From contig JBGVNQ010000020.1 of assembly GCA_045125705.1 (NCBI GenBank), positions 3,783 through 67,782 on the forward strand: 64,000 bases of DNA, written 5' to 3'. The stretch is from Akkermansia sp. Its GTDB lineage: Bacteria > Verrucomicrobiota > Verrucomicrobiia > Verrucomicrobiales > Akkermansiaceae. The notes below the pieces were generated by a model. The model saw only the letters and a program-made list of their open reading frames with translations, had not been told where the DNA came from and searched no databases. A program made the translations under genes and the position numbers. Of this stretch, positions 9,860 to 17,390 are shown in pieces (position 1 is the stretch's first letter; every line of letters begins with the position of its first letter).

Positions 9860-11280
9860 ATTGCCTCAAAAAAAATCGAACCCAACGAGGAATCGCCGTT
9901 TCGCCTACAGTGATGAAAATTCTTGGTTGCCTCAAAATTAAGAGCACTATAATACCTACATGCACTTAATGATGAGCGGGAAAGAAAAAGAAAGGTTCGT
10001 TTTGAGGTCTAGGCTTCTCTATGGCAAATGCACTACTCGCAGCCAGAAATCAGCCATCATAGACGATTTAATGCAATATATTGGCTATAAATCAAGAAAA
10101 TACGCCATAACAGTACTTACTCAAAGTCAAAATAGACAAAAGCGCAAAAAGAAGGGGCGCCGAAATATTCTCGACACCAAACAGGTGGAGCTGCTGCGTG
10201 AAATATGGGCAGGGATGGGTTATCCTTGTGCTAAACTGATGCAACCCATGCTCCGGGACTGGGTTGAGTCACGCAGGAAATCACAAGATTTTCCTGCTGA
10301 ATACAGCGATGTAATATTACCAGAACTCTCTGCTGCTACTATAGATAGAGCATTATCAGCTTTTAAGCTGAACGGACCGAAGAAAGCGGATGATCGGTTA
10401 GCTCTGGAACGGCTCAAACAAAGCATTCCCATAGTAAACCGAAAAGAGGAAGTGATCGAACCGGGACACCTCAGCATAGATACAGTTGCTCACTGCGGAG
10501 GTAATCTGGCAGGAAGCTTTGCCTGGACATTGACTGTGACGGATGAGCTGACATTGTGGACGCAGAACAGAGCCATATGGAACAAAGGCAGAGAGGGGAC
10601 ATGTGCGGCACTGCAGTATATTCTGAGAGAGCTCCCCTTCCGGATTCGCTCTATCAATTCAGACAATGGGACAGAGTTCATCAACTATCACCTGCAGGAC
10701 TTTATAAAGAAGAAATACAAGACGTGTAAAGTAACACGCTCCAGACCAAATTTCAAAAATGATAACGCACGGGTCGAAGAGCGAAATCGACGTCTTGTGA
10801 GAGAAGTAGTAGGGGACGAAAGACTTGATGATGTGCGATTTGTATACCTTTTAAATCAACTCTACAAATGGGTAAACTTGCAGCACAATCATTTTATAGC
10901 GAGTATGAGATTGGAGAAGAAAGAGAAATGCGGACGGAGAATAATCAAACGATACGATAAGGCTCGAACTCCATATATGCGCGTGCTGGAAAAGATGAAG
11001 GAAGGCGGCAGAAAGGAAAGATTCATCAGATTACACGAAAGCCTCAATCCATGGACAATAAAGAACAAGATAGCGCAATACGCAAAAGAAATAGCAATGC
11101 TGTTAAGCCATCCTCAGCCGTAAGGGAGGGGCTCATTGCCGCCCCTCCCAAACCCACCCTGCTAGGGTGTTGGGCTCCAAGGTAACTTTGGGCTTGATTA
11201 GTTCGAAAAAATGAGTACTCTAAGGTTCGATTAATTTTGAGGCATCCACCCCCTTGGGTTCGATTTTATTTTGAGGCAAT
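9860..11280 (+). mobile_element. Insertion sequence (about 1.42 kb) with one DDE transposase gene and about 26-bp terminal inverted repeats
   Basis: The left end is ATTGCCTCAAAAAAAATCGAACCCAA (9860-9885). The reverse complement of the right end (11254-11280) is ATTGCCTCAAAATAAAATCGAACCCAA. A second, subterminal inverted copy TGCCTCAAAATTAA occurs at 9928-9941 and 11231-11244. No clear target-site duplication was seen. Confidence 0.8.
9960..11123 (+). CDS. DDE (rve/integrase-core type) transposase
   Basis: Candidate DDE triad: D in LSIDTVAH, D in INSDNGTEF and E in ARVEERNRRLVRE. The N-terminal region is basic and HTH-like. Family not assigned. Confidence 0.8.
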   Translation: MHLMMSGKEKERFVLRSRLLYGKCTTRSQKSAIIDDLMQYIGYKSRKYAITVLTQSQNRQKRKKKGRRNILDTKQVELLREIWAGMGYPCAKLMQPMLRDWVESRRKSQDFPAEYSDVILPELSAATIDRALSAFKLNGPKKADDRLALERLKQSIPIVNRKEEVIEPGHLSIDTVAHCGGNLAGSFAWTLTVTDELTLWTQNRAIWNKGREGTCAALQYILRELPFRIRSINSDNGTEFINYHLQDFIKKKYKTCKVTRSRPNFKNDNARVEERNRRLVREVVGDERLDDVRFVYLLNQLYKWVNLQHNHFIASMRLEKKEKCGRRIIKRYDKARTPYMRVLEKMKEGGRKERFIRLHESLNPWTIKNKIAQYAKEIAMLLSHPQP

Positions 11281-11296
11281 ACGCGCCGCGAAAGAT

Positions 11297-11896
11297 TCAG
11301 TCTGATTCCTCAAACCAACTCGTGACCGAGTTGCATATACCGAGCCCGATTTGAGCGAAAGGCATCGATACGGCGAATGAGAGAAAATTGATGGTGGTCA
11401 GCGGCAAATCCACCGCCACAAAGCTCAGCCCTGCCAGCGGATAGGCCCAGTAGGCATCAGAGGTGAGCTTTGCACCCTCTCCGCTGGTCATCAGTATCCG
11501 TCCGCGTGGATTACTTTCCTCTGTCCATGCGGCAACCTTATCTGCGAGCCGTTTTGCGTAGTCGGGCAATTCGCGAGCAATGATGGCTGAATTCCCATAC
11601 AGACTGGCTTCTACGACAACCTGACTGACTTCAGATTCCGGAACACGGGTATACGCACCTCCTGCGCCTGGTGATATCAGTCCTCGAACAACATCGGTGC
11701 CCCTGCGAGTATAGGTGCTGCGTTCACCGTTGAAGTAATACCAATCCCCGTGTCCCTCAACCGTCCAGACAGGGGAATCTTCCTTTATCTGCACGCAATC
11801 ATATACACGCCCGTAGTCTGCTATGCGAGTACTGGTGCATATCCGGCAACCGGATACACACGCAACGCAAGCGATGAGGCAGCAAATCTTCTTCAT
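11297..11896 (-). CDS. Lipoprotein with C-terminal membrane hairpin, tandem paralog 2
   Basis: Lipobox VSGC. It shares RIADYGRVY...TYTRR and TSDAYWAYPLAGLSFVAVDLP...SWFE blocks with the upstream gene. It starts 2 nt after the paralog 1 stop. Confidence 0.6.
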   Translation of the reverse strand: MKKICCLIACVACVSGCRICTSTRIADYGRVYDCVQIKEDSPVWTVEGHGDWYYFNGERSTYTRRGTDVVRGLISPGAGGAYTRVPESEVSQVVVEASLYGNSAIIARELPDYAKRLADKVAAWTEESNPRGRILMTSGEGAKLTSDAYWAYPLAGLSFVAVDLPLTTINFLSFAVSMPFAQIGLGICNSVTSWFEESD

Positions 11897-11898
11897 AA

Positions 11899-12588
11899 CT
11901 ACTCAAACCAGGAAAGACCGAGATTACCGGTTATCTCGATGAAAGGGACAAAAAGGATACTCACCACACTTATCGGCACATCCACCAGCACAAAGGCTGC
12001 ACCGGCCATAGGATAAGCCCAGATGGCATCTGATGTCAGGCGAGCCTCGCTGGTCAGATACACAATACCCTCCGGTGTGTCGTGAGGGGCGTGTCCGGTG
12101 AAACGCGTTGCGCTCACCATCATCGATTCAGCAGGCAGAGCGGCTGCCGGCAATTCATCGATGCGACGATAAACAGGTTCAGCGTCATAGAATCGGCAAG
12201 GCGCATCTATCCATACGGAATCAGCACTCTGCTCAGGAACACTGCCAGTGCCGGGTAGAGGTGCTGCGGTGAAAGGGTGTCGTCTACCCGGGCTCAACTT
12301 CACATAGGCTATATCTGTTTCGGCACCAGACCTAGCTTTATACTGGCCGGAGGGAGTCACCCACAGCAGAGAACAGAGGTCGGCATCTCGTCGTTCAAAT
12401 GTTGTTCTGATGCCCTGCACATAGTATTCCCCGTCCTTACTCCAGGCCGGCAGCTCCTTATCCATAGGCAGTATCACACCCTCATATTCCCGCCCATAAT
12501 CCGCGAGGCGCGAGTGCGTGTGCATGATGCAACTGTTCAGCATGCAGGTGCAGGCGAATGCCAGGAAATACAGAAAGAGGCTCTTCAC
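11899..12588 (-). CDS. Lipoprotein with C-terminal membrane hairpin, tandem paralog 1
   Basis: Lipobox LNSC, with RLADYGREY...TFERR and TSDAIWAYPMAGAAFVLVDVP...SWFE blocks. I placed the start at the GTG at 12588. A GGAGGG sits a few nt upstream, and the GTG forms a GTGA overlap with the nuclease stop codon. Confidence 0.6.
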   Translation of the reverse strand: MKSLFLYFLAFACTCMLNSCIMHTHSRLADYGREYEGVILPMDKELPAWSKDGEYYVQGIRTTFERRDADLCSLLWVTPSGQYKARSGAETDIAYVKLSPGRRHPFTAAPLPGTGSVPEQSADSVWIDAPCRFYDAEPVYRRIDELPAAALPAESMMVSATRFTGHAPHDTPEGIVYLTSEARLTSDAIWAYPMAGAAFVLVDVPISVVSILFVPFIEITGNLGLSWFE

Positions 12589-13049
12589 GATTCTCCCTCC
12601 TTTCTCTGCTCGCTGCGGAAGACACGAGGCCTGCACGGGGATTCAGTCGCCCATATTCCCCTGCCCGCAGCCTTGGCACGAGCCTCGGCCTCGGCCAGCA
12701 GCTCATCATCAGCGGCATAGTGCTTGTAATGCCAGGCCAGCCCCTCCTTCAACATGAAGCGGTTCACATAGCGGGCCCCGGCATACACCTTGCCTACATA
12801 GCGGCCATATTTATCGACATCGAGCACCTCGACACGAATCTCCTTATCATAGATAAGTTTCCCGAGTTTCTTACGCGCTGCAAGGGCACATTCCTGGTCC
12901 TTTTCGGGGGCATCGATGCCATACAGCCGTACGCGAACCCGCTCGCCATCCGGCAGCTCCAGATGCAATGAATCACCATCCGACACGCCTACGCAGATGC
13001 CTTCCAGCAGCTGTGGCGGTTGTTCATTATCTTTGCAGGAACGCGGCAT
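12585..13049 (-). CDS. Staphylococcal-nuclease-fold thermonuclease (SNase family), no signal peptide visible
   Basis: GDSLHLELPDGERVRVRLYGIDAPE and DKYGRYVGKVY align with the SNase Ca-binding and catalytic positions (D21, R35, D40, E43, R87 equivalents). The N-terminus MPRSCKDNEQPP is hydrophilic. Confidence 0.8.
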   Translation of the reverse strand: MPRSCKDNEQPPQLLEGICVGVSDGDSLHLELPDGERVRVRLYGIDAPEKDQECALAARKKLGKLIYDKEIRVEVLDVDKYGRYVGKVYAGARYVNRFMLKEGLAWHYKHYAADDELLAEAEARAKAAGRGIWATESPCRPRVFRSEQRKEGES

Positions 13050-13050
13050 T

Positions 13051-13788
13051 TCACTCAGCTTTCAGTTCACCACAGAAACCGATGCGTTTATGGAAAGACA
13101 CCGTATCGCTCTTCTGCTCACAGTACGTCTTTGCCATAACAGATACGGTTTTTACATCCTTTTCAAATCTGAAGAAATAACGCACTTCCCCTTCACCGGA
13201 TGCCCGACAGGTACTGATGATTTCCGCCTCCTCGCCTGACGGCGTCTTAAAAATAAAATCGTCAAGTAAGTTGGCATCACCATTGCTCATGGAAATCCTC
13301 AATTCATCGTTTTCATCCCATTCGTAGGATACGTCACAACCCGGGATATTCAGTTTCCCCTTCTCCCCCATTTTCACCGTCTGGCCAGGCTGGGTGACAA
13401 TATCGCCGCCAATCGTAACAACCAGATTGCCCTTGATTTCCACCCATTCACCTTGCGGAGCAGTATAGACATTAAACTCAATCACGTCTCCGCTCTGACC
13501 GAAGATTTTATCGGGAGACCATTCAAGTGCGTTACCCTTCGCATCGGTAATGGAAACATCTTTCGCACTGATAGACAGTACCGTCATCTTCTCCGTTGGA
13601 GGCACTACCTGGATTTCTACCGACAGAGACGCACTGCGCAGCCAGCGCGGAATAGATTTCTCCTCTGCCTCCATAGGAAACTCGCGGGTCAGAGACTGCA
13701 AACGGCATACATAGGCATCATTATCAGCAGCCGCGCAGATACCAGAACCGATAGCAAAAAAGGCAAGAAAATAAGGTAGTTTCTTCAT
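13051..13788 (-). CDS. Secreted hypothetical protein (signal peptide, beta-rich)
   Basis: MKKLPYFLAFFAIGSGICAA signal peptide. No recognisable motif. Its stop codon lies 1 nt from the nuclease start codon. Confidence 0.55.
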   Translation of the reverse strand: MKKLPYFLAFFAIGSGICAAADNDAYVCRLQSLTREFPMEAEEKSIPRWLRSASLSVEIQVVPPTEKMTVLSISAKDVSITDAKGNALEWSPDKIFGQSGDVIEFNVYTAPQGEWVEIKGNLVVTIGGDIVTQPGQTVKMGEKGKLNIPGCDVSYEWDENDELRISMSNGDANLLDDFIFKTPSGEEAEIISTCRASGEGEVRYFFRFEKDVKTVSVMAKTYCEQKSDTVSFHKRIGFCGELKAE

Positions 13789-13913
13789 ATCCCTGCCAGT
13801 ATGCGGTAAAATAGCTCACATGTCAAGAGCCATGTTAAAAGTCGACAAGAAGCTGAGGCTGCGCCGGTATCCGAGCCATGCACCGTACACTTGTTCTCGC
13901 TCTTCTCTGACTC

Positions 13914-14615
13914 TTACTTGTACCTGTCCTCGGGGAAATTGCGGTAGCCTATCTTGAGCGGGCTCATGTCGTCCAGCAGGCGGCGGTCGTAGCGGCGGGT
14001 GGGCGGCTCCAGATTGCCGAGGGTCTTGCCCTTATCCGGTTCAAAAAAGAACTGCAGGTAGTAGGTGCCCGTGTAGCCCAAGGCCTGGGTATCGCGAATC
14101 ATTCGGAGGAGGTCTGCCTCGTCCAGTAGCCCGGGGTGCACGGTGGTGCGCACTTCGTGCTCCACTCCGTATTCAATGAGGGTGGTGAGCGTCTCCTGGT
14201 AGCGCTCGAAAAGCAGCTTGCCCCCGGGGAGTCGCCAGCTGCGGTTGGCGGGCATCTTGTTATCAAGTGCCACGTAGTTAATCAATTTTTCTTCCAGCAG
14301 GTTGCGGATGACCTGCGGGTTGCTGCCGTTGGTATCTACCTTGATAAGGTAGCCGAGTTTCTTGATCTCGCGGCAGAGTTCAGCAATATCAGGGTTGAGG
14401 GTGGACTCCCCTCCGGAAAGCACTACGGCATCTAGGAAGCCGGCGCGCTCCCGGAGGAAAGCCATCTCATCCTGCCCTCCGCCGTGACTCAGAACAAGTT
14501 CCGGGTTGTAGCAGTAGGGGCAACGCAGATTACACCCTGTGTACCAGAAGATACAGGCCGCTTTTTTCGGGTAATCCAGAAAGGTAAGCGGGGTGATATC
14601 TGCGGGGTGACGCAT
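13914..14615 (-). CDS. nrdG: Anaerobic ribonucleotide reductase activating protein (radical SAM)
   Basis: CNLRCPYC radical-SAM cluster motif, and a position immediately downstream of the nrdD pieces. I chose the ATG at 14615; the longest ORF starts at a TTG at 14630. Confidence 0.85.
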   Translation of the reverse strand: MRHPADITPLTFLDYPKKAACIFWYTGCNLRCPYCYNPELVLSHGGGQDEMAFLRERAGFLDAVVLSGGESTLNPDIAELCREIKKLGYLIKVDTNGSNPQVIRNLLEEKLINYVALDNKMPANRSWRLPGGKLLFERYQETLTTLIEYGVEHEVRTTVHPGLLDEADLLRMIRDTQALGYTGTYYLQFFFEPDKGKTLGNLEPPTRRYDRRLLDDMSPLKIGYRNFPEDRYK

Positions 14616-14636
14616 AACCTTTGTTCGCAACGCGAA

Positions 14637-14849
14637 TTACTTGAGGATGGCGTCGCAGCCACAGCCGCAGGGCTCCTCGAAGTGAGCGCGCTCCTCGAAT
14701 TCGCCCTGCTTACCGGCGTTGAAGGTTTCCACCGGACGGTGGTAGCCCATCACGCGGGTATACACGGTGCATTTGGTGCGCTCCTCAGAGTGCTCGGCAA
14801 GAAGCTGCTCGTCGGTCTTGTATACGGGTTTTACATCCTGATCGCTCAT
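14637..14849 (-). CDS. Stand-alone glycyl-radical domain of class III RNR (C-terminal piece of NrdD)
   Basis: The 70-aa ORF contains YTRVMGYHRPVETFNAGKQGEFEER. This matches the NrdD glycyl-radical signature (T-R-x-x-G-Y ... W/F-N-x-G-K-x-x-E-x-x-x-R). Confidence 0.7.
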   Translation of the reverse strand: MSDQDVKPVYKTDEQLLAEHSEERTKCTVYTRVMGYHRPVETFNAGKQGEFEERAHFEEPCGCGCDAILK

Positions 14850-14894
14850 GGTCGTGTTGTTTCTATTGGTTTGGGGTTGGTTGAATCTGTTTCT

Positions 14895-17039
14895 TTAGAA
14901 GAGAGGCAGCTCAGGCTGCTCCTCGGTGCGGGCGCGGTCGATGATTTCCTGGTCGCAGAGCGGGCAGAAATCGTGACGGCCGCGGAGGTAACCGTGCTTC
15001 TCGCACACGGAGAAGAGCGGAGTCACCGTGATGTAGGGCATCTTGAAGTTGGTAAGCACCTTGCGTACGATGTCGCGGCAGGCCTCGGGAGAGGAGATAG
15101 CCTCGTTCATGTACATGTGGAACACCGTGCCACCCGTGTAGCAGCACTGCAGCTTGTCCTGCATCTGCAGAGCCTTGAAGAGGTCATGCGTGTAGCCGGC
15201 AGGAAGCTGGGAGCTGTTCGTGTAGTAACGGTGACCGGGAGTACCGCTCTGGATGATATCGGGGAAGCGCTTCTGGTCTTCGCGGGCGAAGCGGTGGGTG
15301 GTACCTTCGGCGGGGGTAGCCTCCAGGTTGTAGAGGTTGCCGGTGGTCTCCTGGTAACCGCGGATGCGCTCACGCATGAAGTGCAGCACTTCCTCGGCAA
15401 AGGCGATGCCCACGGGCTCAGCGGTGTTCATCGTGTCGTTGGAGAAGTTGCGCAGCATTTCGTTCATGCCGTTCAGACCGATGGTGGAGAAGTGGTTGCG
15501 CAGGTGCGGCAGGTAGCGCTTGGTGTAGGGATACAGACCGCGCTCGTACAGCGTGTTGATGAAGACGCGCTTCTTCTCAAGGGTCTCCTTGGCCAGGTCC
15601 ATCAGCTCGCCGAGCTTGCTGTACAGGAGGTTCTTGTTACCCTTGTACAGGTAGCCAAGACGAGCCAGGTTGATGGTCACCACGCCGATGGAACCGGTCA
15701 TTTCAGCAGAGCCGAACAGACCACCACCGCGCTTGAGCAGCTCGCGGAGGTCCAGCTGCAGACGGCAGCACATGGAGCGCACGGCATCCGGCTTGTAAGC
15801 CTCTTCGTCGATGACCTTGTTGCCGTTCTCGTCGTACTTGTACTGGGAGCCCACGAAGTTCTGGAAGTAGGAGGAGCCGATCTTGGCGGCATTCTCGAAG
15901 AGCAGCGGCACGTTCTCGCCTTCCCAGTCGAAGTCTTCCGTGATGTTCACGGTGGGAATCGGGAAGGTGAAGGGCTGGCCGGTGCTGTCGCCTTCGGTAA
16001 GCACCTCGTAGAAAGCCTTCTGGATGACCATCATTTCCTTCTGGAAGTGCTTGTAGGTCAGGTCAGTCAGGCTCTCCACACCGCGTTCCTTAGCGATGGC
16101 AAGCAGTGCCTCGTCCTCCAGCCCCTCGAAGATGTGCTGGTTGTTGGACATGGGCGTCTGGTCGCGCAGGTCGCGGGGCACGGTCCAGTCGATGGTCACA
16201 TTGGTGAACGGGCTCTGACCCCAGCGGCTGGGCACGTTCAGGTTGTACACGAAGCCGCGCAGAGCCTTCTTCACTGCCTTGTACGGCAGCTGGTCCTTGA
16301 ACAGATAGGGAGAAAGGTAGGTATCGAAGGAGCTGAAGGCCTGTGCACCGGCCCATTCGCTCTGAAGAATGCCAAGGAAGTTGGCCATCTGTCCCAGAGC
16401 CTCACGGAAATGCTTGGGCGGACGGCTGTTCACGCGGCTGCGCACGCCATTGAAGCCTTCGTTCAGCAGAGCGCGCAGGCTCCAGCCGGCGCAGTAGCCG
16501 GTCAGGCAGTCAAGGTCGTGGATGTGGTAGTCGCCATTGCGGTGGGCGGCACCTTCTTCGGGGGTGTATACCTGGTCGAGCCAGTAGTTGGCAATCACCT
16601 TACCGGCGGTGTTGTTCACTAGACCGGCGTTGGAGTAAGTGGTGTTCGAGTTGGCCTTGATACGCCAGTCGGTGTTGCCCACATATTCCTCGATGGTCTG
16701 CTTACAGTCTACCCAGGTGTTGCCCTGGTAGAGACCGGCAATCTGCTCACGCTGCAGCTTGTGCAGGAAACGGTATTTGATGAAGTTGCGGGCCGTGTCG
16801 TAGGCGCCGGCACGCATCAGTTCCTTTTCGATGCGGTCCTGCACCATTTCCACGGGCAGGTATTCTTCGTGCTTCAGTTTATCCAGCACATTGGCATAGA
16901 CAAGAGGATTGTACTCCTCCTGTGAGGCGTGGAACGCCTTCTCGATGGCCTGCTGTACTTTGTAGGCCTCGAAGCGTTCGCGCTTTCCGTTTCTCTTGAT
17001 GATTTCAGGCATTGTTCCGTGAGAGGTTGTGAGTTTCAT
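14895..17039 (-). CDS. nrdD: Anaerobic ribonucleoside-triphosphate reductase, large piece lacking the glycyl-radical loop
   Basis: N-terminal ATP-cone-like IIKRNGKRERF, NrdD core blocks, and a C-terminal Zn-ribbon-like CEKH...CPLC. The ORF stops at TAA 14895-14897, before any RVxGY motif. Confidence 0.9.
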   Translation of the reverse strand: MKLTTSHGTMPEIIKRNGKRERFEAYKVQQAIEKAFHASQEEYNPLVYANVLDKLKHEEYLPVEMVQDRIEKELMRAGAYDTARNFIKYRFLHKLQREQIAGLYQGNTWVDCKQTIEEYVGNTDWRIKANSNTTYSNAGLVNNTAGKVIANYWLDQVYTPEEGAAHRNGDYHIHDLDCLTGYCAGWSLRALLNEGFNGVRSRVNSRPPKHFREALGQMANFLGILQSEWAGAQAFSSFDTYLSPYLFKDQLPYKAVKKALRGFVYNLNVPSRWGQSPFTNVTIDWTVPRDLRDQTPMSNNQHIFEGLEDEALLAIAKERGVESLTDLTYKHFQKEMMVIQKAFYEVLTEGDSTGQPFTFPIPTVNITEDFDWEGENVPLLFENAAKIGSSYFQNFVGSQYKYDENGNKVIDEEAYKPDAVRSMCCRLQLDLRELLKRGGGLFGSAEMTGSIGVVTINLARLGYLYKGNKNLLYSKLGELMDLAKETLEKKRVFINTLYERGLYPYTKRYLPHLRNHFSTIGLNGMNEMLRNFSNDTMNTAEPVGIAFAEEVLHFMRERIRGYQETTGNLYNLEATPAEGTTHRFAREDQKRFPDIIQSGTPGHRYYTNSSQLPAGYTHDLFKALQMQDKLQCCYTGGTVFHMYMNEAISSPEACRDIVRKVLTNFKMPYITVTPLFSVCEKHGYLRGRHDFCPLCDQEIIDRARTEEQPELPLF

Positions 17040-17157
17040 TTACCCGTTTTCCGGGGGTGTCCCGGCAGACGGATAGTCGCTAGGTGCACAGGCGCAACTC
17101 TACCACTCTCGCCAACGCAAAGCAAGGAAAAAAATCAATACGGTCGCACTTTTCTTT

Positions 17158-17205
17158 ATACAAAATATTGCAGCCCATCATGCTTAGCTATACCATATAT
17201 TGTAT
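17158..17205 (-). promoter_or_regulatory. Two NrdR-box-like 16-bp palindromes upstream of nrdD
   Basis: On the minus strand, ATACAATATATGGTAT (17190-17205) matches the ACACwATATATwGTGT consensus at 13/16 positions. CTGCAATATTTTGTAT (17158-17173) matches at 11/16. Their centres are 32 bp apart. The distal box overlaps a TATAAA -10-like hexamer about 115 nt upstream of the nrdD ATG. Confidence 0.45.
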
Positions 17206-17317
17206 ATCCCTGTAAGATTTCGGAATTTAGACAGTTTCTAAGCTCTACGTTCTAAAATAGCCTCGGAAAGCGTTGATTCGCTTGACTTCTGGCTATAAAA
17301 AAGCTCTTTTCAGATAT

Positions 17318-17363
17318 CCTCTATATGGTGTGGACAGAGCAAGTGCGATACACTATATAGAGT
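17318..17363. repeat. AT-rich 14-bp inverted repeat pair (operator or terminator hairpin)
   Basis: CCTCTATATGGTGT (17318-17331) and ACACTATATAGAGT (17350-17363) are complementary at 12/14 positions with an 18-nt spacer. The pair lies 28 nt downstream of the methyltransferase stop codon. Confidence 0.5.
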
Positions 17364-17390
17364 AGCACAAAAAGGGAATCAGCGAGAGCC

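Noticed and set aside
9850-11290. Target-site duplication flanking the IS
   Set aside because: The flanks read ...AAAGGCCGC | IS | ACGCGCCGCG.... At most a 2-bp AT could be read as duplicated, depending on where the IR ends are drawn. That is not convincing.
14484-16622. 712-aa ORF antisense to nrdD/nrdG
   Set aside because: It is a shadow ORF opposite a strongly supported RNR gene, with no recognisable domain.
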